Of a DNA stretch of 42,370 nt, positions 23,324 through 37,057 are shown piece by piece; the first letter of the stretch is position 1, and the number at the start of each line of letters is the position of its first letter. The DNA is from Octopus sinensis. Lineage: Eukaryota. The stretch is from positions 1-42,370 of the forward strand of contig NW_021835151.1 of NCBI RefSeq assembly GCF_006345805.1, written 5' to 3'. Both the position numbers and the translations under genes were made by a program. The notes below the pieces were generated by a model. It saw nothing but the letters and a program-made list of their open reading frames with translations. It was not told the origin of the DNA and did no database searches.

Positions 23324-23548
23324 TTCTTTTACTTTCTTTTATTCATTTGACTGCGGCCATGCTGGAGAACCGCTTTTATTCAAGCAAATCGATCCCCGAA
23401 CTTATTCTTTGTAAGTCTAGTACTTATTCTATCGGTCATTTATGCCGAACCGCTAAGTTACGGGGACGTAAACACACCAGCGTCAGTTGTCAAGGGGACA
23501 AACCCAGATATACAAAGATACACACACACACGCACACACACACACGCG

Positions 23549-23589
<41 letters not shown>

Positions 23590-23746
23590 ACACACACAGG
23601 CTTCCGTCCACCAAATCTACTCACAAGGCTTTAGTCGGCTCGCCGCTATAGTAGAAGACACTTGCCCAAGGTGCCATGTAGTGGGACTGAACCCGGAACC
23701 ATGTGGTTGGGAAACAAGCTAATTACCACGCAGCCACTTCGACGCC
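23324..23746 (-). mobile_element. SINE family A, near full-length
   Basis: Reverse complement colinear with 7332-7742; expanded internal (CA)n. Confidence 0.9.
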
Positions 23747-24332
23747 TATATACATAGGGGAAAAAATAAGTTTTGGGGAATCCAAAAAGAGAGAAAATAA
23801 TTTCTCCAAAAATTCATCATATTCATAAAAATCAGCCAGAGCAAAAAGTAAGAATATGAAAATAACACTTGTAAAAGTTCGTTATAGGTATAAAAATACC
23901 ATAAACAATTATGTATTGTTATTCTCATCAATGTGAAGAATTTAAGGAAGAACATCAAAAAAGTTATTTATAAAAGTCCGTAAGGAAAAACAGATGGGGT
24001 AATATTCAACCGAATATTTACAAATATATTGTAAAAGGGGGAAAATAATAAGAGGAACGAAAAAGAAAGACATGTTAATGTGTTATGCAAGTCTATTTGT
24101 GCAAAAAAATCCATAACATTTTTAATGTTCTTCCGTAAATTGTTCACACTGATGAGAATGACAATACATAACTTTAATTATAATTATTATTATTATAATT
24201 TTTTTCTTAGATATTTGTATTGTCTTTTTAAACGTTCGTATATATTAAATCCAATTTTGATTTTTAACACTCTTTCTCCATTTTAATACTTGTTTATGGT
24301 ATTTTTATACCTATAATAAACCTTTTCAATTT

Positions 24333-24380
<48 letters not shown>

Positions 24381-25148
24381 GCCTGGCAGTGCTACCGAAA
24401 AGCGCTACCCGTTCGGGATAAGCTCTACAGACACGGCTCGAGAAACACGGGGCTGACCTGCCCGAGATGCGGTCAGAGCGACGAAACCGTTCTGCATGCA
24501 CTCGTGCAGTGTCCAAACAATTTCCGACCTGTGGGCTTATGTCGAACAACTGCTGTCACGTGTGGGACGAGTCGGTTTATCAGCCGAGTCTATCGTCAAT
24601 ATTGTCACGCCTCCTTCAAACGGGAAGGAAGAGCTATTTTCATCATCCTTGTGGCTATGGCGAAAGAATGTATCTGGTAGAACGTCTGAAAGGATTGGAG
24701 ACAAACACTTTCCTCTTTGGTCAATCTCTCATCAACTTCTTTAAGTATCACTTGAAAAGGAAAGTGAGAGTAGAGAGGCAAGTTTTGTCTAGCGAATGTT
24801 TTAAAAAAAGATGGGTGAATGTAGCAAGGATGGCACGTATGAATGACGAAGCCACCTTGAACATAATCCTATGAACCCGGAAATTTAAGAGAGGGTTAGC
24901 TACTTGCAAACAAATGTGGTAACATGTAACAATATTGAACGAGGTTACCGTGGTCTTCTCCGTAGGCTTTTCTTCTCACGGATAAACCTTATCTGCTTCC
25001 CCCTTACACCTTACACCATGACACTGTGATACACGATCCCTATTGATCGTTTTTTCTTTTGTTTCTTTTCCTTTTTTCTTTCTTCTTTCCTTTTACGATC
25101 CCTTTTGATCGAAAACCTACCCCAAATTTGGCTAATAAAGAAACATAT
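24381..25148 (+). mobile_element. Tx1/L1-like LINE 3' end (zf-RVT-like Cys/His region + 3' UTR)
   Basis: AWQCYRKALPVRDKL-x9-TCPRCG-x2-DETVLHALVQC; ends AATAAAGAAACATAT followed by (TATC)n. Confidence 0.82.
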
Positions 25149-25156
25149 CCTCTATC

Positions 25157-25242
<86 letters not shown>

Positions 25243-25276
25243 TTGTCTGTCTGTCTGTCTGTCTGTCGTCTGTCTG

Positions 25277-25331
<55 letters not shown>

Positions 25332-25420
25332 GTCTGTCTGGTCTGTCTGTTCTATCTATCTATCTATCTATCTATCTATTTATTTATCTACCAGTCTGTC
25401 TGTCTATCTGTCTATCTGTC
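25149..25420. repeat. (TATC)n/(TGTC)n tract
   Basis: Directly visible. Confidence 0.95.
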
Positions 25421-26078
25421 TTCGCCCGGCCACATATGCATATAAACACACATATATGTACATATTTATGCTAAGCATTCACTGCATGAATATGATGCGC
25501 GCATACTGGTAGGCAATATAATTTGTATACGGTATTGTGGTATGTGGTATGTAAAAGCTATATCTATGCATATGAAGAATTGTATATATATATATATATA
25601 ATAATTATATATATATTATATAATATATATATATGCATATATATATGTAGATATATTCATATATATATATATATATATAATATGAATATATCTACATATA
25701 TATATGCATATTATATAATATATATATATAATATATATCATACATAGATAATCACACACACACACACACACCATATATATATATATACATATACAGCATA
25801 TATACACAAACACACACAATGTATAATATATATGAATATATGTTGTCATGTATATATGCATTTGTATGCTATTCATGAATGAGAATATAAGCTATATTTT
25901 CTTCATATATATGTATATATATTTACATTCCTACACACACATATACATATACATATATATATTCACACATACATTCATACACACATACACACACACATAT
26001 ATATATATATCCATAAATTTATGTAGACATACATACACACTCACACACGCATATAAGCACACACATATCTATACAATT

Positions 26079-26137
26079 CCCGCCCTTTTCCACTGCCATT
26101 GCCAGTATTTCTGACAATGGTTGTGGAAAAAGGCGGG
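26079..26137. other. 59-nt imperfect hairpin (27-bp stem, 5-nt loop)
   Basis: cccgcccttttccactgccattgccag-tattt-ctgacaatggttgtggaaaaaggcggg; 23/27 Watson-Crick positions. Confidence 0.85.
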
Positions 26138-26576
26138 TATAGGCGGCTGGAAAAAAAAATCAAAAACTAATTTTAAAAATCAATTGCAAAATAAAACAAA
26201 ATGGAAATGGAAACAAAAACAGTAGCTAAAGAGAGTGAGAAAATAATATATACAACCAACAGATTTACCTGCATCTGTCTTAGGCAGCGCCAACGTTTGA
26301 CGCCAAACAGAATTATACAATTGCTTTTAGTTTTAAGGACTTATACGTATTCTTAGAAAATAACACTTGAATCAATTTTGTAAACTCTAGTGTATCCTCT
26401 CAAAAACGAATTGCCCGTTCTTTTAAGTCTTGGACTTGTAATCCTAAATAGCATACTTATAATTTGACTTCTAAATAGGAATGTAACGTTTACAGTGACA
26501 AATATTACTGCAATGTATTCTAATTTAATAGCAGACAATTATGACTTTTAAAAGTGATGTTCAAACTAGAAGACAG

Positions 26577-26608
<32 letters not shown>

Positions 26609-27835
26609 ATGTGTGTTTGTGACTGTGTGTGTGTGTGTGTGTAAGTTTGCTTGAGCATGCGTGTGTGTCAGTATGCATATTTGTATAGGCGTATATGAAT
26701 GTACATGTGCACAAACGCCTACACACAAACGCACACACGTGAACGTGATGTGTAAATGGGAGACGTGTGTTTGTACATAAACAAATATACTTATATAACT
26801 GCGTAAATACTTATGACACACACGTGCGCGCGTGCACACATAGATTTATATATATATATATATATATATGCATGTGTATTTGTATGTATAAACACATAAG
26901 CACCATCATACATGTATGCGAGTCTGTACACATTCTACACGCAGTTGTATGTGTGTATGTACAATGCACATAATTCCATGGAAATTACGAACAAATGTAA
27001 ATGCTTTCTCAATTGCCTCAAGTGATTGATAGGTAAACTATTACTACAATTAATAGCAGTAATACGTTTGTTGCCAGTTATTCTGCGTTTATATCTATGA
27101 AAACCAAAGTGATATGTACTTTGAACAAATAATGAAGAAGGGTCATCACGAACTGAAATATGAAATCAGTGACCTAACATATGAACCATTATCTGAATTG
27201 AACGTTTCTAAATAATATCTCTACATTAGAAAATGATGGATTAACTTTACAGTTAAGTTTAGATGCTGGCATTCTTTTTCAAGCAAGCTACATTTAATTC
27301 GAGTTTCTGCGACGAAGGATTTCGAAAAAGTGCAGGTATATGTTTGTGTACTATGGTAATGAGTTAATTGAGCAAATATTAGATGCTGCAAATATGTAAT
27401 TGAATAGGTGCATGATTAAACGTCTGTAAGTGTGTCAAACATTTTCACATTTAGCAAGAAATTATAACGAAAAATGGAGGACAATATATTTAAACTATGT
27501 ATATCATGTTAAGAACCTCTGAAATGTTACATAGACAATAATGGTAGTAAAGGTACACTTGAACATATCTTAGTAGTCTGATATTCAAGCGAGGTACTTC
27601 GAATTTTTGATGAATAGCTGTAGGGGTTAGGTGAGGTTAATCACAACGAATACAAGATTAAATTTATTTCAAGGAAAGAAAAAATTATATACAAACGGAA
27701 AAGAAAAAAAATATTAGAATTTCAACGCTAACTCTTACAACATATTACAATTGTCAGGATGATCACATGCAATAAACTGTTGTGTCTATAAACCTAACAC
27801 ATACCTGCATTTAATTCGAATTAATGGTCCAAAAA

Positions 27836-27873
<38 letters not shown>

Positions 27874-27880
27874 TATACAC

Positions 27881-27911
<31 letters not shown>

Positions 27912-27986
27912 GTGGGTGTGTGTGTATTATATATATGTATACATACATACACACACACACCACACACACCACACACCACACATATA

Positions 27987-28031
<45 letters not shown>

Positions 28032-28088
28032 CACATAATATATATATATATATATGTGGGTGTGTGTGTATATTATATATATATATGT

Positions 28089-28125
<37 letters not shown>

Positions 28126-28857
28126 CCATATTATATATATGTATATATATATATACTGCTTCGTGATAGAAAATTCAACAAAAATGTACTCATCTGGTAA
28201 GAGATAAAAAATGTTATTAAAGGTCATGATGCATGCCTTAAAGCGTTACTAATAGTTTCATGTGTTGAGAAGCCTCAAACATATTCTTCAGGCGCAAACC
28301 AAATATCGTAACGAACAAAAGAAATTGAATAATAGAAGAAACATGAAAAAAACTGTGAAGGCGGCATATAGAAAACGCAGAAAGTAAACTACGGAAAACG
28401 AAAAGCAGAAACTAAAATGTAAAAAATCAAAATCAAAAAGGTAAAAGAGCTATCCTCCTTAGACCTTAAATCATAAAGCTGGAAACACATACATATGTGC
28501 ATATATATATTGTATGTATGTATGTATGTATGTATGTATGTATGTATGTATGTATGTATGTATGTATGTATGTATGTATGTATGTTTGTATGTATGCATG
28601 TATGCGTGTGTGTGTATATTTATCTGAAGATGCGTATCTATACAGCTATTGTTGAATCATATCAATATAATGTGTATAATATAAGTAACATTCAGCAATT
28701 ATCATCTAATAATTGTGCATTGAAACAATTGCAGTGATTTGTAAAAAAAAGGAGCCTGTTCGCTGTATCTTCTCGCATTATAATTCTTAATCAAACACAT
28801 GCGTGCGGAACATGAATAATATCAGAAGATACACATATTTAAAGAAATGCAGATATG

Positions 28858-28927
<70 letters not shown>

Positions 28928-28933
28928 AATATA

Positions 28934-29346
28934 TTACTCTTTTTTACTCTTTTACTTGTTTCAATCATTTGGCTGCGGCCATGCTGGAGCACACCGCCTT
29001 TAGTCGAGCGAATCGACCCCGGGACTTATTCTTTGTAAGCCAGTAAACTTATTCTATCGGTCTCTTTTCCGAACCGCTAAGTGACGGGGACGTAACACAC
29101 CAGCATCGGTTGTCAAGCAATGCTAGGGGGACAACACAAGACACACAAACCACACACATACATATATATATATATACATATAACGACAGGCTTCTTTCAG
29201 TTTCCGTCTACAAAATCCACTCACAAGGCATAGGTCGGCCCGGGGCTATAGCAGAAGACACTTGCCCAAAATGCCACGCAGTGGGACTGAAACCGGAACC
29301 ATGTGGCTGGTTAGCAAGCTACCTACCACACAGCCACTCCCGCGCT
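28934..29346 (-). mobile_element. SINE family A, full-length
   Basis: Reverse complement colinear with 7332-7742 and 32511-32912. Confidence 0.92.
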
Positions 29347-30231
29347 TATATATATATAGTTGGCCTGGACACATTTCCCGTGTCCTTATGTTTTCAAAGG
29401 AGACATAAGCACCTCCACCCATCAAAACCATCATCCAGAGACTAGTTTCAGAGTCATTGCTCATCATCAGTCTGGTGTAGCAAGCCGTGCTACTCCAGAA
29501 TGCAGTAACATTCTTCCCTTTCATGGGACTGTCACATTAGGTTGACAACATACTATCACTATTACAAATATTACAAATGTTGAATAGAAATTATGCTGGC
29601 AGCGGTTATCGTATTCAACAATTTATAATGAGCATCAATTAGACTATCAATTGATTAGTTAATGAATGGATCAGCTGATTAGTTAATTTTTAATACCAAT
29701 AACAAAATAAATGAAAATGCCCGTTACAGTAAGGTGACATTGAAAAATGGGAAGAGATAGTTACAGCTCGAATACCCCTAATTATAAGTATGGTCGATCA
29801 AGTTTAACTTGGATGTCTAAAACCAGACACCTCAACTGGACGACGGAACAATGTAACCTCTTTGTGGTGGCGCAGCATGAGAAAAATAGGGGCGATATCA
29901 GCACATTACTTTTGGTGTCACATCCCATTACGTTTAGAAAGGGAAGGCATATTTGATAATCTAATGCTAGATGCACTGAATCTAAAAAAGTATGTGATTG
30001 TCACCACTGATGTGCACCTGTAGAAAGCATTAGTTTATAATAATAATGAAAGATGAGTTCAAATGGTAGGAACAGTTTTCTGAAAAGAATATGAAACTTT
30101 TTTGATGCAGATATGCTATAAAAGGAATTTACATATATTAATCAAAACGACATGAGTAAACAACAGAATCGAAAATTTCACTATGATCACTGAAACTAAT
30201 TTGATTTTATGACATCAAGGCGAATAATAAA

Positions 30232-30273
<42 letters not shown>

Positions 30274-31440
30274 TTACTTTCTTTCTCGTTCATTCTCATT
30301 CACTCTCGATGGTATCTTCCATAAATAACATCTGGGATATTACAATTAGGGTTACCAAATTTACCAAATCAGCTGTCTGTCATTATTATATGTTGCACAA
30401 AAATATATAATTCACGTGATAACTATACGCCGCAGCTGCATCAGTGATAAAAACCGATTTAAAAGAAATCTCCTTTCAGTTGTTAATGACAAAAAGAAAA
30501 TATAAAAAGCTACAAAAACACTAAACACGAAACCTGTGATGGCTGCCAAGAAACAAACAAAAATAACTGAATAATTCATAAAAATATTCAAAATTAGATT
30601 TACTTTTAGTTTTTTAGATCAATAAGTTGAAAATAGTCACGTATGACTACATATATATATTTTAATATATTTTACAGTTTATAAAATGCGCGAGGGTGGA
30701 AACCAGAAGAAATCAGTTTTGTTTGTCAAATATTTTTATGTATTTTAAATAAACAAAAAAGTAAAAATACAAAACACTATATAAAAAAAACCCCATCAAA
30801 ATATCATTCCTTCACATAATCCTTTCAAATTAAGTTTAAGGTGGAGTCTAATTATTTCGAGTTGCACAATTCATAACTCACAACCCGTGTGTCCAAGTTT
30901 AAAACATAACATGAAGTTCATTGGTCTGGATGAGTCACTTTACTGTAGAAATGGAATCTAACGTTTCGGAACTGATCCGACATTCAGAAAGTATTTGTCA
31001 GCTGTGTTTTACAAATAAATGAAAGGTAAGTGAGAAGGGTGATGGGGTTAAACATAGAAATTGGGTGGCAATAGGGTGTAGAAGCAAAACAATTTAAAAC
31101 TCACCCTCTGTATTGCCTTCTAACTTGAGAACACAAATACGAACAGTGAACACAAAGAGTGAACACAAATACAAGCAGAAAAGGTTCATAGTCTCATTGT
31201 GTGGATGATCGTGATGTGATATATGCACATACATGTGTATAAAAACAATGACTTTTAGAAATATTTATAGAAGAATCTAATGACAGTTTTATATACAGAC
31301 GCGCACGCATATATATCCATTGAATACAAGTACATGTATAAGTAAAGATATGGATAAGAATACATGGGCACAGAGTGATGTAATCACTTATAAAAATATA
31401 TCTAAGAAATTATGTATATATATATATACATATACTTATA

Positions 31441-31823
31441 GGCGCAGGAGAGGCTATATGGTAAGTAGCTTGCTTGACAACCAGATGGTTCCGAGTTCAG
31501 TCCCACTGCGTGGCACCTTGGGCAAGTTTCATCTACTATAACCTGGGGCCGACCAAAGTGGATTTAGTAGACGGAAACTATGTATATGTGTATGGGTGTG
31601 TGTGTGTGTGTGTGTGTTTGTCTCCCCACCATCGCCCATCGCTTGACAAGCGATGCTGGTGTCTTTGCGTCCCCGTAACTTAGCGGTTCGGTAAAAGAGA
31701 CCAATAGAAGAAGTATTAGGCTTACAAATATAAGTGACTAAAGCGCCCTAAAGATACGACAAAGGGCGGGTCCTCAATCATGGTACAGTCAAACGACTGA
31801 TATAAATAAAAGAGTGAAAGAGT
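31441..31823 (+). mobile_element. SINE family A, more diverged copy
   Basis: ggcgcaggag head, B box, internal TG tract, aaaagagtgaaagag tail. Confidence 0.88.
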
Positions 31824-31858
<35 letters not shown>

Positions 31859-31879
31859 TATTATATATATATTATATAG

Positions 31880-31911
<32 letters not shown>

Positions 31912-31964
31912 TCTAAAAGTCATTGTTTTTATACCCATGTATGTGCATACACATCACGATCATC

Positions 31965-32003
<39 letters not shown>

Positions 32004-32023
32004 TATATATGTGTGTGTGTGTG

Positions 32024-32061
<38 letters not shown>

Positions 32062-32101
32062 CTATATATATGTATATAAATATGAATATAAATATAAAGT
32101 T

Positions 32102-32302
32102 AATCAAAACATGAAAACACCAAGAGAAAAACACAACAACGCGAGGACGTGGAACAAATATAGTATTATTGGACGCTCAGAAAGGAAAGGAAGAAGGAGG
32201 GTTTAACGTTTCGAGCGGAGCCCCTTCGTTGGAAACATAGAAGGAAAGATCAGAGAAGGGAAGACAGAGGAAAAAAATCGCCAACGGTACACACGCGGTC
32301 AC
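32102..32302 (-). mobile_element. Solo PLE-type terminal repeat with a degenerate hammerhead-like motif (32201-32236)
   Basis: Minus strand reads GTTT-CCAACGA-A-GGGGC-TCC-GCTC-GAAAC-GTT-AAAC, in a context similar to 2936-3127. Confidence 0.6.
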
Positions 32303-32435
32303 ATATAAATATATATTGTTGTATTTAGGAATGGTCATTTTGTCAGTTTAGCCAATAAAACACACGCACTATATATTTGGTGTTTATTTGCTTCAGCCTT
32401 ATTTACTCTTTACATAATACTATTTACTTTTTATA

Positions 32436-32502
<67 letters not shown>

Positions 32503-32510
32503 TGTATATA

Positions 32511-32912
32511 GGCGCAGGAGTGGCTGTGTGGTAAATAGCTTGCTAACCAACCGGGTTCAGTCCCACTGCGTGGCATCTTGGGCAAGTGTCTTCTGTTATA
32601 GCCCCGGGCCGACCAATGCCTTGTGAGTGGATTTGGTAGACGGAAACTGAAAGAAGCCCGTCGTATATATGTATATATATGTGTGTGCGTGTATGTTTGT
32701 GTGTCTGTGTTTGTCCCCCTAGCATTGCTTGACAACCGATGCTGGTGTGTTTACGTCCCCGTTACTTAGCGGTTCGGCAAAAGAGACCGATAGAATAAGT
32801 ACTGGGCTTACAAAAGAATAAGTCCCGGGATCGAGTTGCTCGATTAAAGGCAGTGCTCCAGCACGGTCGCAGTCAAATGACTGAAACATGTAAAAGAGTA
32901 AAAGCGTAAAGA
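32511..32912 (+). mobile_element. SINE family A, full-length, inserted in the PLE 3' arm
   Basis: Colinear with the 7332 copy; the empty site is visible in the inverted arm. Confidence 0.93.
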
Positions 32913-35241
32913 GTTATTTACTTCCATTTGTGTATTTATCTGTGTATTTTATTTTATTTTATTACGTTTTCAGTTGTGTTTATATTGTTATCAGATTAAG
33001 GGGTTCTTATTCTGTCATATGCTGTGGCGTGTTGGGGGTGTGTGCTAGTGTTCCATTCTAGTTTCCTATTCAGGCTATGTTTATCTTCTTTGATGGGTGT
33101 AGCTTCCGTAATTTGTCTGATTGTTGCGTCTGTTCTATGTGTGGACAAGATTTTAACTTCTATGTTGTTGATTGAGCCCCCGTGTTACTGCTCGGCGTGT
33201 TGGTACAGAACCGATGAGCTCTTTCCTTCCTTAAGTTCTCTCCAATGTCCATTTACCCGCTCTGCTATGCTTCGTGCCGTTTCCCCTACGTATGTCGTTG
33301 TCTTGTTACTGCATCGTCCCTCTATACATCTTATACTATAGACTACATTTCTGGTTTTACAGTTTGTTTGTGGGCTAAATCTACACACAGTACAGTTCCT
33401 ATCCGTACATGGGGTTCTACTAAATGGGTAGGTTCTACCGATTATGGTTTTGATAAGGTTTTCTGGCCTTTCTACAACCTTAATCCTTAGCTTAAGTTTG
33501 TCTAGGGCCCTTCTAAAGTGGTACGCCAGTTCACCTCTAGGGGTGGTGTCGACGAACATGACAATCTGGTATTTGTGGCTATCATACCAAGAGTGGCCTT
33601 CCCTATTTTCTTCTTTGTCCTTTCAATAGTGTCCATGACTTGCTCCTATAGAGTGGCAAATCCCATTCCTATCATTACATAAGATAGTATCAAATTTCTC
33701 ATGGCTCCTTTGTATACTCTGATCCTTTCTTTATGGATGTAACCTGAGAACTGCATGCGGTGAACGAATGTTGTATGTGTCTCATTAACTCTGTAGGCTC
33801 GCACATGCGGGACACATTTCGCATTATTCTGACGAGGTCTGCCATCAAAATATTGAATTTGGCATTGTCTGCGATAGCTGAGTTCCAGTGGATCAAGTAT
33901 TAGGAGGCCATAGGTTTGGCATAGTACGAATGAAGGATTTGCGTTTTATCATTCTCAGTTTCTAGCCAGAGTCCTGTGTCTAGTACTGGTAGTCTATGGT
34001 TGGGGTATTTAGTTGGGTAGTCTATCGTGACCTTAATACTCTGGTGGATGGAGTTAGTTATTTGCTGAATGCTCTCCATAGTATTAGTTTCTATTTCTAT
34101 TTCAAGAGTACTCTTTTGTGGGGGTGCCTTTACCACTATGTTGATATCATCAACATAGCGAGAGTACATGTTCACGAGTATGGAGTTCTGTGTTAGGCGT
34201 TCCTTAAGCCTTCTGTCTCACCATACCATGAAAAGGTTGGCCACATCACCGGCGATACTAACGCCGATGGCTGCCCCCTCGTCCTGGGCATATATTTTAT
34301 TGTTAAACTTAAACGTGTGGCCTTTTAGGGTAACTTTTATATTAGCTCCTAGTGCATGTGCGATCAATTTCTTTACCTGATGGACATTTGTGGGGTCCGT
34401 ATGGCTCTGGTCCATCCGCCCCATCTCTCTATATGGGTCTTCCTAGACATAGAAGTAATTGTGGGTGGTCTACCTCTTAAACGTCTACTAGGGCAGAAAC
34501 TACTAAGATCATGTTTATCTAGGTATTCGTTGTCATATGTCAGTCTAAGTAGGAGGACCAGTTCCTCTGTGTTGACATTGCGGAACTCCACCTTCCTCTC
34601 GTTGATCATCTCCACGCACTTCTCTCCCCACCGCAATCCACGTCGATCGATGGGTATAGGGATACCACATCCATGCTACCCACCATACATCTGTCAGGTC
34701 GCAAGTGTTGTACAGTCGTTGATCCTGCTGAGGAGATCTTCCGTGCGTCACAAACATCATGTGACATCCGGATTATAGGGCGTATGATCATGAAAGGAAG
34801 TAGGAGATTCTGTAGTTGCTAGCGATATTCGCTCCACAGACTGGTCTTGTTGGTGGTCTGCTACAGGGTCAGTGGTTACTACTTTATAGTCCTGCGAAGT
34901 CCATACAGTGCCGGGATATCGTTTGGGGTCCCAGAACAATTGTCCCCATCATCATGTGGGCATTAAGGACCTTTTCTCTCTCCTCATGTGCCTGTAAAGT
35001 TGTTACTTTCGTATTGACGATATGAGGTTGCATTGCCTGGATGTAGTTAAAATTTTGTCCACACGTAGAACAGACGCAACAATCAGACTTGAATGGAACA
35101 CTAGCACACACCACAGCATATGACAGAAGAAGAACCCCATAAACTGGTTACAATATAAACAAAACTGAAAACGTAATAAAATAAAATAAAATACATAGAT
35201 AAATAAACAAATGGAAGTAAATAACTATATACATTTTATTA

Positions 35242-35322
<81 letters not shown>

Positions 35323-35626
35323 TATTATTATCATTATTATTATTATACATACATACATACATACATAATAATAATAATAATAATGATAATAATTATAATA
35401 ATAATAAGTAGGTGTAAACACATGAACAGAAACCAAAACAAATTACACGAACGTATATAAACAGGAGATACAAATATTACAGGCTTCCCCCCACACGCAC
35501 TAATTAAACATAGACACACATAGAGGTATACGCATGCGCAAATGAAGACACATGCCATAGAAAAACAAAATACAAAATGGCTGACGGTTAGTAAGGAGAG
35601 ATACACAAATAAGAAGAAAGCAAAGG

Positions 35627-35668
35627 ACCACTGATGAGGTCACAGAAGTGTGACGAAAGAACTCTGAT
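35627..35668 (+). ncRNA. Type-I hammerhead-like motif with canonical CUGAUGA/GAAA core
   Basis: ACCA-CTGATGA-G-GTCACA-gaag-TGTGAC-GAAA-G-aa-C-TC-TGAT: perfect 6-bp stem II, 2-bp stem III, stem I 3 of 4 paired. Confidence 0.55.
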
Positions 35669-35813
35669 AGAAATAAGATTAAGATTAATGTAAAAAATAA
35701 ATAACACTGAAGTAAAGTAACACCAAATATATAGTGCGTGTGTTTTTATTGGCTAAACTGGCAAATGACCATTCCTAAATACAACAATATATATTTATAT
35801 TTATATTTATATT

Positions 35814-35865
<52 letters not shown>

Positions 35866-35867
<2 letters not shown>

Positions 35868-36047
35868 CGGAGAACTCACAAAATAAAAACAAAAGAAGAA
35901 GACAAGTGGTGTAGACAACAAATAGATGTATTAGTATAACGCTCAGAAGTGAAGAAGTCGTTACCGTTTCGCTCTTTCTCTGAAAGGAATCAACGAATCA
36001 ACGAGAATCAACGAGAGAAAATAAAGAATGTTAGTGGCTAGCGATCT

Positions 36048-36050
<3 letters not shown>
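35866..36050 (-). mobile_element. Solo PLE terminal repeat with the hammerhead stem II deleted
   Basis: Reverse complement colinear with 2936-3127; (TA)n on both sides. Confidence 0.75.
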
Positions 36051-36108
<58 letters not shown>

Positions 36109-36119
36109 GATATGTATTA

Positions 36120-36153
<34 letters not shown>

Positions 36154-36264
36154 TATATATCTATATATGTATATGTATATATATACATGCATACATACAT
36201 ACATACAATATATATACATATACCTACATATATTTACATATATATACATATATATATACATATG

Positions 36265-36303
<39 letters not shown>

Positions 36304-36345
36304 CATATATATATATATATATATTCATATATAATATATATTATA

Positions 36346-36380
<35 letters not shown>

Positions 36381-36410
36381 ATATATATAATATATATATA
36401 TATATAAATT
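36051..36410. repeat. (TA)n-rich tract
   Basis: Directly visible. Confidence 0.95.
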
Positions 36411-37007
36411 TATTATAGATAGGCATTATACATACATGCCAGACGGCATTATACATACATGCCAAACGCTAAGAGGGACAATCAGTCATTTTACCAAAAA
36501 TTTACTAATCCACCGAATGCAATTATATAAATTAATATGTTCAATAAGAAATAATTATTTTCGAAATTTTTTCTCTTATGAGGTTTTTACCGCTATCTAC
36601 CTGACAATTTCTTGTTAAGTTTTTCCTATTAAGTAGTTGTCCTTAATTGCTATATATATATATATATATGATATACATAATCTATATAATATAATAAAAT
36701 AGGGAATATAATTCCAAATCTTATAGGAAAAATTCATTTAGCAATTCAAAATCAAATTTCCCAATATATAACATATGTATATAATTTAGAGAAAAACTTC
36801 TATTAGACTATTCAATAATGAAAGATGTTATTCACACCATGATAGAAAACATATACTATAAAAGCCTTATTCCAAAAATCAATAAAGTACAAAACAATAA
36901 ATAGTAATAGTAGTAAAAAGGCACACCACACACACACACACACACACACACACCACACACAACACACACACGCACACCCTCATACACAACACACACACAC
37001 ATACATA

Positions 37008-37057
<50 letters not shown>

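Larger units (their letters stand above)
32303..35800 (-). mobile_element. Penelope-like element with RT + GIY-YIG remnants and an inverted copy of its 3' end at the 5' side
   Basis: SMDVVSLYPSI, FNNKIYAQDEGAAIGVSIAGDVANLFM, YSRYVDD, LPVLD, YAKPM, PC-x4-C-x2-C, NVVYSIRC and YVGETARS. 35040-35800 is the reverse complement of parts of 32303-33158. Confidence 0.92.

Noticed and set aside
27253-27341. Possible exon ending CAG|GTATAT
   Set aside because: Several equally weak acceptors and no recognisable peptide.
30949-31031. Perfect donor AAG|GTAAGT at 31025/31026
   Set aside because: The 77-nt exon has stops in all frames; a 24-nt alternative is too short to support without RNA data.
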